From NCBI GenBank assembly GCA_051294375.1, contig CM119265.1:4791192-4855191 (forward strand): 64,000 nucleotides of DNA. Reading direction: 5' to 3'. Positions 13,332 to 26,837 of the stretch are shown in pieces (position 1 is the first letter of the stretch; each line of letters starts with the position of its first letter). This stretch comes from Paraspadella gotoi. Taxonomy: Eukaryota > Animalia > Chaetognatha. The notes beneath the pieces are model-generated. The model was not told where the DNA came from. It searched no databases and saw only the letters and a list, made by a program, of their open reading frames with translations. The position numbers and the translations under genes were made by a program.

Positions 13332-13822
13332 TGAGAAAATATGAGCAATTCTGTTTACTGCAAACGGTCGTCTTCGGTCGACGAGAAGAATGCTCTCATC
13401 CTAAAACTTTTGAACGGGATGACGCAATGACAAAGACGAAGAAAGGCCTCCGTGAGATATGGGATTATGGATATCTTCACCCTATTTGTTAACCAGGGAT
13501 CTGATTAGTTGTTAGTCTGTTGGACCTGCTCGACATCAGTGACCTGGTGTTTGCCGATTTGCTGAGGCTTGTCTTTACATCACGTAACCAGTTTCTCACC
13601 AACCGGGTGAATGTATCACGGGATTTGCAGGAGAAAATGTTCATTAACCTCCATGCGTCCATCCTATCGTCACGTCGAAATTACTCTCACCAACGAGCCC
13701 AAGTCCCCTAAGAAGTTTTTGTTTTCTGTCGCCCGCCAATTGCGCCGCGAAGTTGCTCTTAGTCAAAGATTATTGGACAAGTCACATCCTAATTGAACCT
13801 TTCTTTTCTCTTCTCTCTCCCT

Positions 13823-13861
<39 letters not shown>

Positions 13862-14860
13862 TCTTCTCTCTCTCCTTTCGTTAGTGGATTTAAATCTCCC
13901 TAATTAGGAGCGAGAATAACAACTTTTGTCAGAAATCAGTAAAAAAATGGAATTAGCGGTTTGCTTCATTAAATCTCTCTCCTAGAGTTTTAAAAAATTT
14001 TTTTTAAAATTTTTTAAAAAATTAACATTTTTTGTTTCTCAAAGAAACTCATTGTTTCATTGTTTTATCATGATACAAGTGCGTATTTAATAAGTCTCGG
14101 AAAAATTTTTATTTTAATAAAATAAAATTATTTTTCTTCAAATCGACTGAGAATAAAAAAAAAACGCGAGGAAAATGAAGTCATAATGAAATTATCTCAA
14201 GAGTTGTCTGGTTTTCGCTCAAACATGCTTCCTCTCCCTTCCGACCTCAAAAGAAAGGGGGAAAAAATTCAATTTTTACCAGTTCGGCCAAAAATTTTTT
14301 TTCGTGAGGGGGAAGAGAAGAGATGGAGAGAGAGAGAGAGAGAGAGAAGAGAGAAGAGAGAGAGAGAGAGGAGAGAGAAGAGAGAGAGAGAGAGGAGAGA
14401 AAATTTTTTTCTACTACCCCCCCTTTCAACTTAAACGAATTTTCATACAGGGGATAACGAGCCTCCAGCCTAAAAAAAAGAGACGAAAAAGATCGTTGCA
14501 TAAGTTAAAGAGGAAAGAAGGCAGCAAGGGTTTTTCTGCATTCGCGCCTTGCCGCGATCAACAATATGTCAAATTCGTTCAGAGCAAACGTTGCCCATTC
14601 CCAGCAGAAACACGAACAAAGCGGCACGAAACGAGAAGGCAAGACACGACGACGACGACAAAGAAGAAGAGCAATAAAATCTCCGCTCGTTGTGTATTGA
14701 ATAAAAAATTTTAATTATCTTTGGAATTATGGGTAGGCCCATCGATCTTGGAAAAAATGTCTTTGTATACGAGATACTCCTTCGATCGAGCGCTCGATGG
14801 GAAGTTTAAAGCACTACTGTAATCGATTAATATCAATGTACATATTATACAATAATTTGC
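13332..14860 (-). repeat. Noisy inverted copy of about 21960-23340; its first part is also a direct copy of about 18995-20060
   Basis: cacgtcgaaaattactctcaccaacgagcccaagtccc-like blocks occur at about 13670 and 19330. ctactacccccctttcaacttaaacgaattttcatacagggg (14411) is the reverse complement of about 22325-22370. Confidence 0.85.
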
Positions 14861-15589
14861 AATCGAAACCTCCTGCATTGAACGAAGTGTCTCGCTCTCT
14901 TTCTCTTTCTGGTATGGTCATAAAATAACCGATCGAGATCTCTGTCGCCCAGTCCTGGCGCCGACTGCGCTCCGAAAATGGCGGACCCCTGCGGTCACAT
15001 TTCGTTCGAGTCGTCGGAGCCGTAAGAATTGGGAGAACGTAATTGACGCCTTGTTCAGTCGGTAGCATCAAGGGAAAGACTTCCCATTATATGCTTTACT
15101 CACGTATGGCCGATTTTTTTTATCTGCTTCGTCGCTTCGTTTTTTCCATCCCGCTCTTGTTTTTTTCGTGGGGACAGTTTGGCCGAGGGCGTCGGTCGTC
15201 GTTCGTCGTTCGTTTTCGAACCCATTTTTTTTTTTCTTGGTTGTGGGTGTGAGACAGGTCGGGCCTCGTGGTTTTTCTCTCACATTTTGCTGTCTCGCAG
15301 GTGCATGGAAGAGATAAAAGGTGATTGCTTCCAAGAGAGGGCAGTGATATCCGTTGGGAGGGATTAGCTTACTGTCGCGCTTTTACTTTGGGTCTTCGTC
15401 CGCCCAAAAAGTCTCCCGACCAGTCAATGAAAGTGATGCCGACAAGAGATTGATTGGGGAATTGCGACGTAGTGGGAAGCGGAAGATAAGAAGAGATGAG
15501 AGAGAGGAGAGAGAGAGTGAGAGGGAACAGAGATATAGGAACGAGAAAAAGAAGGAAGAGAGAATAGAAGAAGGTAAGAATGGAGAATA

Positions 15590-16360
15590 CTGAAATAAGG
15601 CGACGAGAAAAAAATGCAAGTGATTCATGGAATCTCTTGATGCCGACTGACGGGCGTCAATTTTGCCAACGGTCGAACCACGAAATGCCAGATTTCTTCG
15701 ACCATGCGCCCGACTGGAAGAATTTTTATGAAATTGGTACAACCAATATAAAAATTATCCATACATTTAATAAATAAGCTATCTTGCCCCTGACATTGGA
15801 CAGGCTTTGGTGGTTTAAGGCCTCCATCCCTCTTACAAGATAATGACATAGCAGGTCCCTGCAAGCTTTCAATCAAGACTCTCTCACAGTCTCGTTTATT
15901 CACTCCCAGAGTATAAAACCAGAAAAAAAACAACTTGTTATTAGGTTCGATTGAAATTATTGTATAATTATTCATGATATAATGATACAATGCTTAAAAA
16001 CTTCCATCGAGCGCTCGCTCGAAGGGAGTATCTCGTGAGTACAAAGACATTTTTTCCAGATCGAGGCCTCCCATAATTCAAAGATATCAATTTTTTAATA
16101 AACACAACGAGCGGAGATTTTATTGCTTTTCTCTTGTCGTCGTCGTCGTTGCCCTTCTCCGGTTGCGTGTTGTTGCTGGGATGAAATCGTTTGTTGACGG
16201 AATTTGCATATTGTTGATCCGGAGGCGCGATGCAGAAACCCTTGCTGCCTTCTTTCTCTTTTACTTATGCAACGATTTTTTTCTCTCTTTTTTTAGGCTG
16301 GAGGCGTTATCCCCTGTATGAAAATTCGTTTAAGTTGAAAGGGGGGGTAGTAGAAAAATT
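15590..16360 (+). repeat. Direct copy of about 21775-22380 carrying an extra insertion of about 180 bp
   Basis: ggcgacgagaaaaaaatgcaagtgattcatggaatctcttgatgccgactgacgggcgtca and ggctggaggcgttatcccctgtatgaaaattcgtttaagttgaaaggggggg are present in both copies. Confidence 0.85.
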
Positions 16361-17058
16361 NNNNNNNNNNNNNNNNNNNNNNNNNAAAAAAGAGAGAGAT
16401 AGTCCAATTAACGACCGGACAGTTTTACGGTTTTACGGCCAAAACGGTTCTTCAGTAATTTCGGACAAGGAAGAGAGACCAAGGAGAAAGAGAGAGAGAG
16501 AGAGAGTTTTCACCAATCAGCAGCCCGAGTGAATGAGAGACAAGACAGACAGAGAAGAAGAGAGAGACAGAGAGGGATGGGCGCGTCTGCCCGTAAAATT
16601 CTGGTTATTCCGCGCTCGTGTTAGTTTGTAATTTTACACTGTAAAACAGTAATGGCGATACGACGAGGCGGGAACTTTAATCGTCGCCCATGCGTCGCGT
16701 GGGGGAGCAGTTTGTTTTGATCGTTAAAGAAGAACGTTGGGTACCCGTTTTAAACGAGATCCGTTATTAAAGAGATGTTCAATTAAAAAAAAAAGAAAGT
16801 ATTGAATATTTCGGTCATTGGCATTGATCGGAAATTGAGAGAAATGATAAAATGCAATCGACCCTTAAGGTTACAGTGATAATTTTACTTTCATTTTTTA
16901 AAAAATACCGCCAGAATTTTATTGTTATCGCATAGAAATCTTGGTACACGCCATTCCCTTTAGCAAACGAGTACAAAACTTTGAAACAGTGTTCCAAAGA
17001 ATTACAAACTGTTGTCGAGTCAGCCGGGGGGTTTATGGATAATTTATAACCGGGGTGC

Positions 17059-17140
<82 letters not shown>

Positions 17141-18433
17141 AGAGAGTATCATCGTAAAAACAAATGCCCAAGCGAAAGCGTCGAACCAAGAGTTTTGTAA
17201 CCTCCGGAACTGTAACTGCCGAGCGAGTTATAGACCCAATATTTATGCTTTTATATTATCTTCTATGTTTCCTTTGAATTGAACGAGAGTAAAAAATTCA
17301 TATTTATTGAATCCGCCAGCAAATATCATAACAACACAAAAAATAGTTCTTTGTTCTTCTTTATTACTCACAGTAATTTCTCTAATCTAACCCACGGATC
17401 GCTTCGTTTCACATTCCTAAACGAATTATCATGTCTACAAAAGGTAATGTTTCCTCTCACACGTGGAACGAAATGGGTAAGTTAATATCTCCAGTGAGTC
17501 TCTCGCGTAACTAGGTGATATACGGAAGGAATATTCTCATGTCATTCCATCCACCGTCCCCATCTTCAAACTCTAAACACCACATCTCACCTTCTATATC
17601 AGAAATGTCCCGCTTTCTTTTAAGGTGAAAAAAAAATTTGAAAAGGGGGGGGGGAAAGTTTCCTTATAATGGTTACTGGGTCGAAATTACAGATTAAAGG
17701 AAGACTCCGTGGGTTTATGCCACGTCGGGGACGCGGCGACATACGCTTACGTAGGCCTGATTGCTTACTGCAGTATAGGCGGGAATGCTATCGCGGCATT
17801 AAACTAGGCGGAACGACGTGGAGCGGAGCAGCCAAGATACATCCAATTATTCAACGATTGCACGAAAGACAGCAAAATCGTATTGGGAAAAAAATGCGTC
17901 GGTGGTGAAAATTGTTAATCGAGTTGCAGAAAAAAAAGTAAGGCCTTGATGGTTTCATTGTGTAGAAATTGAAAGTTTTGAATGAATGACGGGTCTCCAC
18001 CTCTCAAGGCAGCGGATGGCAGGGTAGGGTTTTCAGGGTGAGTTGATAATGAGTACAAATTAAAAAAACAAAAAAGCAAAATTCCGAATATTAAAAAAGA
18101 CAATAAAATTTAAAAGTCGCAAACTCGGCGCTAAACCCTCAATCAAGAATGAAGGAAAAATCGTTTTTTTTTAACAGGAAGTGGCTGGTGACGTAGAACG
18201 ACTGGACGCCTTCGCCCAAAATTTCCGTCTCGTTCGTCTTCGTCGTCTTGGCCGTCTTCGCCGTCTTGCCGCCCACCAGTTTCGAATTCGACCCCCGTTC
18301 CATTTTCTCTCTTTATTTTTGCTTTTCCTCGGCGAAATATAGTACTCTCGTAAGTGGCCCCCTCTTTGATTGTCTTCGCTCTCCTCCTTTTCTTCGAAAT
18401 GCCCTTATTTTACGCTCATGGCTGACTGGCTGG

Positions 18434-18471
<38 letters not shown>

Positions 18472-19969
18472 TTTCTTTCTTTCTTATCTTTCTTTTTTCT
18501 TTCTTTCTTTCTTTCTTTTTTCCTTTTCCCCTTTTTCTTTTTTTTCCTTTTTTCTTTTTTATCTTATCTTGATCTTATCTTTCTTCTTTCTCTGAGAGGC
18601 AAGAAGACAATAAAAAAGCTCTATCGTCAAAACCGAATTGGACGCATTTCTTACCTACAGAACCGTAACGACAGTAGCGTTAACTAGTCACGTTACGCCG
18701 TATCGACTCTGCTTAGCCCTAACCAATCGGAACGTTCCCAATTTCAGAGAGAGTATTGAAGTGGGGGAGAAAGATTCAGTGCAAAGGGAGAAGAAGAGAA
18801 GAAGGCAAGAAAAAGGAAAGCAGTGACCACTTTCGCAACGAAAGAGTCGCGCTTGTCGAGCAAAGAGGCGGTTAATGTAAAGGAGGATAATTAGGAAAAG
18901 AGATCGTTGTAAAAAGTGTCGGAAGATTGACTGGGCTAAAGGACATTTTTCAATGGTGAGCTTTACAAACGAAGGCTCATGGAAAAGGGGGGAGAGAAAA
19001 TGAGCAATTGTTTACTGCAAACGGTCGTCTTCGTTCGACGAGAAGGATGCTCTCATGACAATCCTTTTGAACGGGATGACGCAATGAACAAAGACGAAGA
19101 AAGGCCCCGTGAGATATGGGATTAGTGGATATTCTTAACCGCTATTTTTAACCAGGAACTCTGTTGTTTTTCTGTTGGACGCCTGCTCGACTCAGTCCTG
19201 GTGAGTTTGGCCGATTGCTGAGGCTTGTCTTCTCTCACGTAACAGTTTCTCACCAGGACCGTGATATGTATCACGGGATTTAGCAGGAAGAAAATGTTCA
19301 TTAACTCCATGCTCCATCGTCTATCGTCACGTCGAAAATTACTCTCACCAACGAGCCCAAGTCCCTCAAGAAGTTTTTTTTGTTTCTGTCGCGCCGCAAT
19401 TGCGGCGAATGTGCTCTTAGTCAAGAGTTATTGGACAAGTACATCTAATTGAACCTTTCTTTCCTTCTCTCTCTCCTCCCTCTCTCTCTCTCTCTCTCTC
19501 TCCTCTCTCTCGTCTCTCGTACTTCCTCTTCTTTCGGAGTTGGATTTAATCTCCTAATTAGAGGGAGAATAACAACTTTTAGTCAGAAATCGTAAAAAAA
19601 ATGGAATTAGCGGTTTAGCTTCATTAAATCTCTCCCAGAGTATTTAAAAAATTTTTTTTAAATTTCAAAAAATTAACATTTTTTGTTTCTCAAAGAGAAC
19701 TCAATTGTTCATTGTTTTATCAATGAATCAAGTGCGTTATTTAATAAGTCTCGAAAATTTATTTTTTTTAAATAAAATAAAATATTTTTCTTCAAATCGA
19801 CTGAGAATTAAAAAAAACGCGAGAGAAATGAAGTCATAAATGAAATTTATCTCAAGGTTGTCTGGTTTTCGCTCAAACATGCTTCCATCTCGCCCGACCT
19901 CAAAGAAAGGGGAAAAATTCATTTTTTACCAGTTCGGCCCAGAAAATTTTTTTTTCGTGAGGGAAAAGA

Positions 19970-20015
<46 letters not shown>

Positions 20016-20189
20016 AGAAGAGAGAGAGGAGAGAGAGAGAGGAAGAGAGAGAGAGAGAGAAATTAAAAAAATTTTCCGAGACTTTATTAAATAACGCACT
20101 TGTATTCATTGATAAAACAATGACAATGAGTTTCTTTGAGAAACAAAAATGTTAATTTTTTGAAAAAAAAAAAAAAGAAAAAGAGAGAG

Positions 20190-20215
20190 ATCAAGACATT
20201 CACAACAGCGCTCTT

Positions 20216-20248
<33 letters not shown>

Positions 20249-21260
20249 TCTCTCTTCCTTCCCTTCCATGTCTTTTGTCTCTCCTCTTTTTATTCCTTTT
20301 ATGCTTTCTGATTCCTCTCCCTCGCCTCCGGGAATACGCCGATGCTACTCTCTCCTAACTGAATAAAAATCAACTCCCCACCATTTTTTTCCATTTTCTC
20401 CCACTTTCACTCTCTTCGCTCCTGCATCCGCTCTCTCGCTTTTTTCTTATCCATCGTGGTCTCTCTAGCTCTCCATCCTTCTCTTCTCTTTTTCTCATCG
20501 GTGTCTGTCATTTGTTCTTCTCACCCGTCGACCTTTGTCAATTTCTCTCTATCTCTCTCTATCTCTCCCCTCTCTCTCTCTCTCTGGATCACCACAACCC
20601 ACACCCTCCACAACTTTCACCTCTCCTCCTCATTTCCAACCAGAGAAGCCTCGTCTAAACAAAAGCCGGGCTCGGCTCAGCTGTTGTCGTTGTTGTCTAT
20701 TCTTTTTTTTTTTTTTAAATTGAAAGCTTTTTTTTTTCTCGATATTTCCTATTCTAACGGGTTTCAACCGCCTAGCGCACGCCAATCTAAATCCTCCCAT
20801 AGCCACACGCGCCATACCCGGCCCGGTGGCGTGAATTGCAGTTTCAAAATCGGTATTACGAGAGAATTAGCGCCGTGTTTGCGGTTGTGGGCGGTGCTGA
20901 GCGGGAAAAAAAAGTACGGGGCGAGAGAGCGTGGATGGTGGAAGCCGATTGGCGGGTAGGGTCGCGAGGAGTAAGGTTCATGTTTTGAATTTAGCACAAA
21001 TGATCCTGAAGTTCGAGTCTCTGAAGTATTTTTTAATTGCAATGAAGATACAAGTCTCAGAATTTAGAAAATGTCAGTGCGAAGGATTAATAAGAGGCGT
21101 CGGCGAGCTTTTGTTCAATAAAATATAAATATTGAATTAACTATGAGAAATGAGAGGCCAAGATATAACTTCTCTCTCACTCTCAGCTCCCCCCTCGATA
21201 TTTCTCTCGCCAGAGAAGGAGAATAATAAGAGAGAAAGAGAAAAAAAATATTTTTTTCTA
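20190..21260 (+). repeat. Direct copy of about 10993-12074
   Basis: About 1.1 kb is near-identical, for example tacgccgatgctactctctcctaactgaataaaaatcaactccccacc and cctagcgcacgccaatctaaatcctccc in both copies. Confidence 0.9.
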
Positions 21261-21539
21261 ATTAAAACGAACGAGAAATCAATTTCGAGCTGATGAATGA
21301 ATGAGTTTTTTTTTTTTTTTGAGGGGGAAGATTCAGGATTTTATTCGGGCCAGGGGGGGGCGGGGGGAGGAATATTCAGGGGGAGTTTGGAGAAAAGATG
21401 GGAAGCGATCAAAACTCAAAGACTAAAACCGGATTCCATAATTTACAACCATCATTAGAAGATCCATTTAAATTTTCCGCAAAATCTAAGGGGCAATTCG
21501 CTTAATTCGCTCTTCTTCTTCTCTCTCTCTCTCTCTCTG

Positions 21540-21576
<37 letters not shown>

Positions 21577-22415
21577 TCTCTCTCTCTCTCTCTCTCTCTC
21601 TCGCTTTCCATGTCGAATCCAATCAACCCGGGATGAATTTCCCTCCCACGGATATCGACTCCCTGGAATCGAAGTTTTTCTCTCTTCCATCTCGACAGAA
21701 ATTGAGAGAAAACCGGGACCCTTGGTCCCCCCCCCCTCGCCCCCCCAAACTGTCCCTCCCCGAAAAAAAAAGAGATGAAAATGGCGACGAGAAAAAAATG
21801 CAAGTGATTCATGGAATCTCTTGATGCCGACTGACGGGCGTCATTTTGCCAACGGTCCGAACCACGAAATGCCAAGATTTTCTTCGACAATGCGCCCGAT
21901 GGAAGAATTTTTATTTTTATAATACCAAAAAAAAAAACTCTGTTAATCATGTTTCGATTGAAATTAATTGTATAACTATTACATGATATAATGATACAAT
22001 TGTTAAAAACTTCCAATCGACGCGCTCGATTCGAAGGGTACAAAAGACATTTTTTTCCAGATCGAGGCCTCCCATAATTCAAAGATATCAATTTTTTTAA
22101 TAACACAAACGAGCGGAGATTTTATTGCTTTTCTTGTCTCGTGTCGTCGTCGTGCCTGTCTCGTTCGCCCTTCTCCGTTGCGGTGGTTGTTGCTGGGATG
22201 AAATCGTTTGTTGACGGAATTTGCATATTGTTGATCCGGAGGCGCGATGCAGAAACCCTTGCTGCCTTCTTTCTCTTTTAACTTATGCAACGATTTTTTC
22301 TCTCTTTTTTAGGCTGGAGGCGTTATCCCCTGTATGAAAATTCGTTTAAGTTGAAAGGGGGGGTAGTAAGAAAAATATTTCTCTCTCTCCTCTCTCTCTC
22401 TCTCTCTCCTCTCTC

Positions 22416-22455
<40 letters not shown>

Positions 22456-22864
22456 ACGAAAAAAAAAATGTTTGGCCGAACTGGTAAAATTGAATTTTTT
22501 CCCCTTTCTTTGAGGTCGGAGGGAGAGGAAGCATGTTTGAGCGAAACCAGACAACCTATGAGATAAATTTCATTATGACTTCATTCCTCGCGTTTTTTTT
22601 TTTTATTCTCAGTCGATTTGAAAGAAAATATTTTATTTTAAAAAAAAAAATTTTCCGAGACTTTATTAAATAACGCACTTGTATTCATTGATAAAACAAT
22701 GACAATGAGTTTCTTTGAGAAACAAAAATGTTAATTTTTTGAAAAAAAAAACTTTTTTTAAAACTCTGGAGAGATTTAATGAAGCAAACCGCTAATTTCC
22801 CTTTTTACGATTTCCTGACAAAAAGTTGTTATTCTCCTAATTAGGGTTAATCCAAACTACGAAA

Positions 22865-22947
<83 letters not shown>

Positions 22948-23729
22948 AAGGGGTTCAATTAGATGGACTTGGTCCAATAATCTTGACTAAGAGCAATTCG
23001 CCGCAATGCGGGCGCACAGACTTCTTGAGACTTGGGCCGTTTGGTGAGAGTAATTTTCGAGCGTGAACGATGGACGATGGAGTTAATGACATTTCCTGCT
23101 AATCCGTGATACTTCCCGTGAGAAACTGGTTAGTGAGAAAGACAAGCCTCAGCAATCGGCACACTGAGTCGAGCAGTCCACAGAAAACTAACACAAGAGT
23201 CCTGGTTAAAATGGGTAATATCCACTATCCATATCTCAGCGGGGCCTTTCTTCGTCTTTGTCATTGCGTCATCCGTTCAAAGTGATGGAGCATTCTCGTC
23301 GACGAAGACGTTTGCAGTAAACAATTGGCCATTTTCCTCCCCCCTTTCCATGAGCCTCGTTTGTAAGCTCCACCATTGAAAAATGTTCCTTAGCCCAGTC
23401 AATCTCCGACACTTTTTACAAACGAACTTTTCCCTATTATCCTCCTTTACTTTAACCGCCTCTTTCTCGACAAGCGGACTCTTTCGTTGCGAAAAGTGGT
23501 CACTGCTTCCTTTTTCTTGCCTTCTTCTCTTCTTCTCTCTTTGCCACAGAATCTTTCTCCCCCACTTCAATACTCTCTCGAAAATGGGAACGTCCGATTG
23601 GTTAGGGCTAAGCAAGTCGATACGCGGTAACGTGACGTTAACGCTACTGTCGTTACGGTTCTGTAGGTAAGAAATGGTTCCAAGTCGGTTTTGACGAAGA
23701 GCTTTTTCTTTGTCTTCTTGCCTCTAAGA

Positions 23730-23765
23730 GAAAGAAAAGAAAGAAAGAAAGAAAAGAAAAGGAAA

Positions 23766-23810
<45 letters not shown>

Positions 23811-23812
23811 AG

Positions 23813-23850
<38 letters not shown>
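23730..23850. repeat. (GAAA)n followed by (GA)n compound microsatellite, mirrored at about 18437-18590
   Basis: Read directly from the sequence. Confidence 0.85.
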
Positions 23851-23853
<3 letters not shown>

Positions 23854-25133
23854 CCAGCCAAGTCAGCCCATGAGCGTAAAAATAAAGGGCCATATCGAAG
23901 AAAGGGAGAGCGAAGACAATCAAAGAGGGGGCCACTTACCGAGAGAACTAATATTTCGCCGAGGAAAAGAAAATAAAAGAGAGAAAAGGACGGGGTCGAA
24001 TCGAAACTGAGGCGAAGACGAGCGAAAGACGGCGAGCGGCGAGACGGCGAANNNNNNNNNNNNNNNNNNNNNNNNNGACGACGAAGACGACGAAGACGAC
24101 GAAGACGACGAAGACGGCGAAGACGAAATTTGGGGCGAAGGCGTCCAGTCGTCTACGTCACCAGCCACTTCCTGTTAAAAAAAACGATTTCCTTCATTTT
24201 GATTGAGTCTTGCGCCGAGTTTGGACTTTTAAATTTTAATGTCTTTTTAAATCGAATTTTGCTTTTCTTGTTTTTTAAATTTGTACCATATCAAACTCAC
24301 CCTGAAAAACCCTACCCTGCCATCCTCGCCTTGAGAGTGGAGACCCGTCATTCATTCAAACTTTCAATCTTCTCACAATGAAACCATCAAGCCTCTTTTT
24401 TTTTCTGCAACTCGATTAAAATTTTCACCACGACGCATTTTTTTCCCCATCGATTTGCGTCTTTCGTGCAATCGTTGAATATTGGCTGTATCTTGCTGCT
24501 CCGCTCCACGTCGTTCCGCCTAGTTTATGCCGCGTAGCATTCCCGCTATACTGCGTAGCGCCAGGCCTCGTAGCGTATGTCGCCGCGTTCCCCGACGTGC
24601 ATAACCCACGAGTCTTCCTTAATCGAATTTCGCCCAGTAAACCATTTAAGGAAACTTTCCCCCCCCCCTTTTCAAATTTTTTTTCCCTAAAGAGAAGCGG
24701 GAATTTCTGATATAGAAGGTGGAGATGTGGTGGTTTAGGTTGAAGATGGGGACGGTGGTGGAAAGACATAGAGAATATTCCTTATCCGTATTCCCTGTTC
24801 GCGGAGAGACTCACTGGGATATAACTTACCCTTTTCGTCCCACGTGTGGGAAAACCTTCCTTTTGTAGACCAATGCTAATTTCGTTAGGAATGTGAAACG
24901 AGCGTCCGTGGGTTAGATAGAGAATTACTGTGAGTATAAATGAGAACAAAGAACTATTTTTTTGTGTTGTGTATTTGCTGGCGGATTCAATATTGAATTT
25001 TTACTTCGTTCAATTTTCAAGGAAACAAGTAATATAAAAAGCAAATAAATATTGGGTCATAAACTCGCTCGGCAGTTCAGTTTCGGGTACAAACGCTGGT
25101 TCGACGCTTTCGCTTTGGGCATTGTTTACGATG

Positions 25134-25185
<52 letters not shown>

Positions 25186-26781
25186 GCACCCCGGTTATAA
25201 CTTATCCATAAACCCCCGGCTGACTCGACAACAGTTTGTAATCTTGGAACACGTTCAAAGTTTGTACTCGTTTGCAAAGGGAATGGGTTGTACCAAGATT
25301 CTATGGATAACAATAAAAATTATGGCGGTTTTAAAAAATGAAAGTAAAATTATCACTGTAACCTAAGGTCGATTGCATTTTATCATTTCTCTCAATTTTC
25401 CGATCAATGCCAATGACGAAATATCAATACTCTTTTTTTTTTTTTTTAAATTGAACATCTCGTTAAAACGGATCTCGTTAAAACGGCGTATCAACGTTCT
25501 TTTAACGATCAAACAAACTGCTCCCCCACGGACGCATGGACGACGATAAAGTCCGCTCGTCGTATCGCCATTACTGTTACAGTTAAATTACAAACTAACA
25601 CGAGCGCGGATAACCCAGAATTTTACGGGCAGACGCGCCCATCCCTCTCTGTCTCTCTCTCTATCTCTGTCTGTCTGTCTCTCATTCACTCGGCTGCTGT
25701 TGGTGAAAAACTCTCTCTCTCTCTCTTTCTCCTTGTCTCTCTTCCTCTGCCGAATTATGAAGAACCGTTTTGGCCGTAAAAACCGTAAAACTGTCGGTCG
25801 TAATGGACTTTAAAAAATGGCTCAGGGAAATTATTCTTCAAAAGTCAAAACACACGAAAGGGGCGTTTTTTTTTTCCTTTGTTTTTCTCTTCCCTTTTTT
25901 TTCGCGGTCGCAATGGACCGAGTGAATCTTTTGTTTACCCTTTTGGCCAAAGCTAATCCCGCGCTTCAACGAGTGTAGAAATTGTTTAGCTTTTGGCGCG
26001 TCTTGATGTTTTTTTTTTCAGAAGATTAGCTTTTAACATTATATAAATTATTCATATATATTTCTCAGCGCGCAGTCGAAAGAGTCTTCCTGGGACTGCA
26101 TCGACTATCTCTCCTATGTTTGCATACAGTTCGTGAGAACGATCTCCCGTGTTTGCACAAGAAGAGACCGACTCAGACGGACGGACGGACGGACGTTTCG
26201 AGGCTTAACTTCCTCATCCTTTGCTTTTTATCGTCGATCTCTGGTGCCCCTGACAATGAGGAGCCCCCCTCATTTTCTTCACCCTCCTTTAATCCTTTTC
26301 CAGGCCCCCTTCACCCCCCCATCGCCCCTCACAAACCACCCTCCACCCCCCCCGTTCCCAGTGGCTTTTTTACGTTCTTCGGGCCCCCCTTCGATTCCCG
26401 GCCATTGTGCGCGGGGAGCAAGGAAAGGTGGGAGTACGGGGAAGGGGCTTTGACAATGTCTCGGCGGGAGTCGCCGAAAAACCGCGAGAGAGAGGGGTTA
26501 TTGTCCTTGTTGTTGTTTTTTTTTTTGTTGTTGTTGTTGCCAGGGCTGCTTGAATTTACCTCATAGCAGTTTAATTCGTTTTTGTTTAATTCAATTTATA
26601 ATTCAAATTTGACGAGATCTTTTTGGCTCCCGACTACAAAATTCGACGATCACAGAAAAAGACATGAAAAAATTTCTCGTCCATTTTTAAAAGGGAAACT
26701 TTTTTTTAATGTTTCGCCGTTCTTAGATTTTCAGGCGGTTACACCAAGAAACCGCAGATGAGCCCAAAAATCGATTACGAA

Positions 26782-26837
<56 letters not shown>

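Larger units (their letters stand above)
16400..25810. repeat. Large inverted repeat with arms of about 3.5 kb: about 16400-20060 versus 22380-25810
   Basis: cagttttacggttttacggccaaaacggttcttc (about 16420) is the reverse complement of gaagaaccgttttggccgtaaaaaccgtaaaactg (about 25760). Collinear matches continue along the arm with indel noise. Confidence 0.9.

Noticed and set aside
16400-25810. Foldback or large TIR transposon interpretation of the inverted arms
   Set aside because: There is no transposase, no TSD and no defined termini. The arms are ordinary intronic sequence that also appears in further partial copies.
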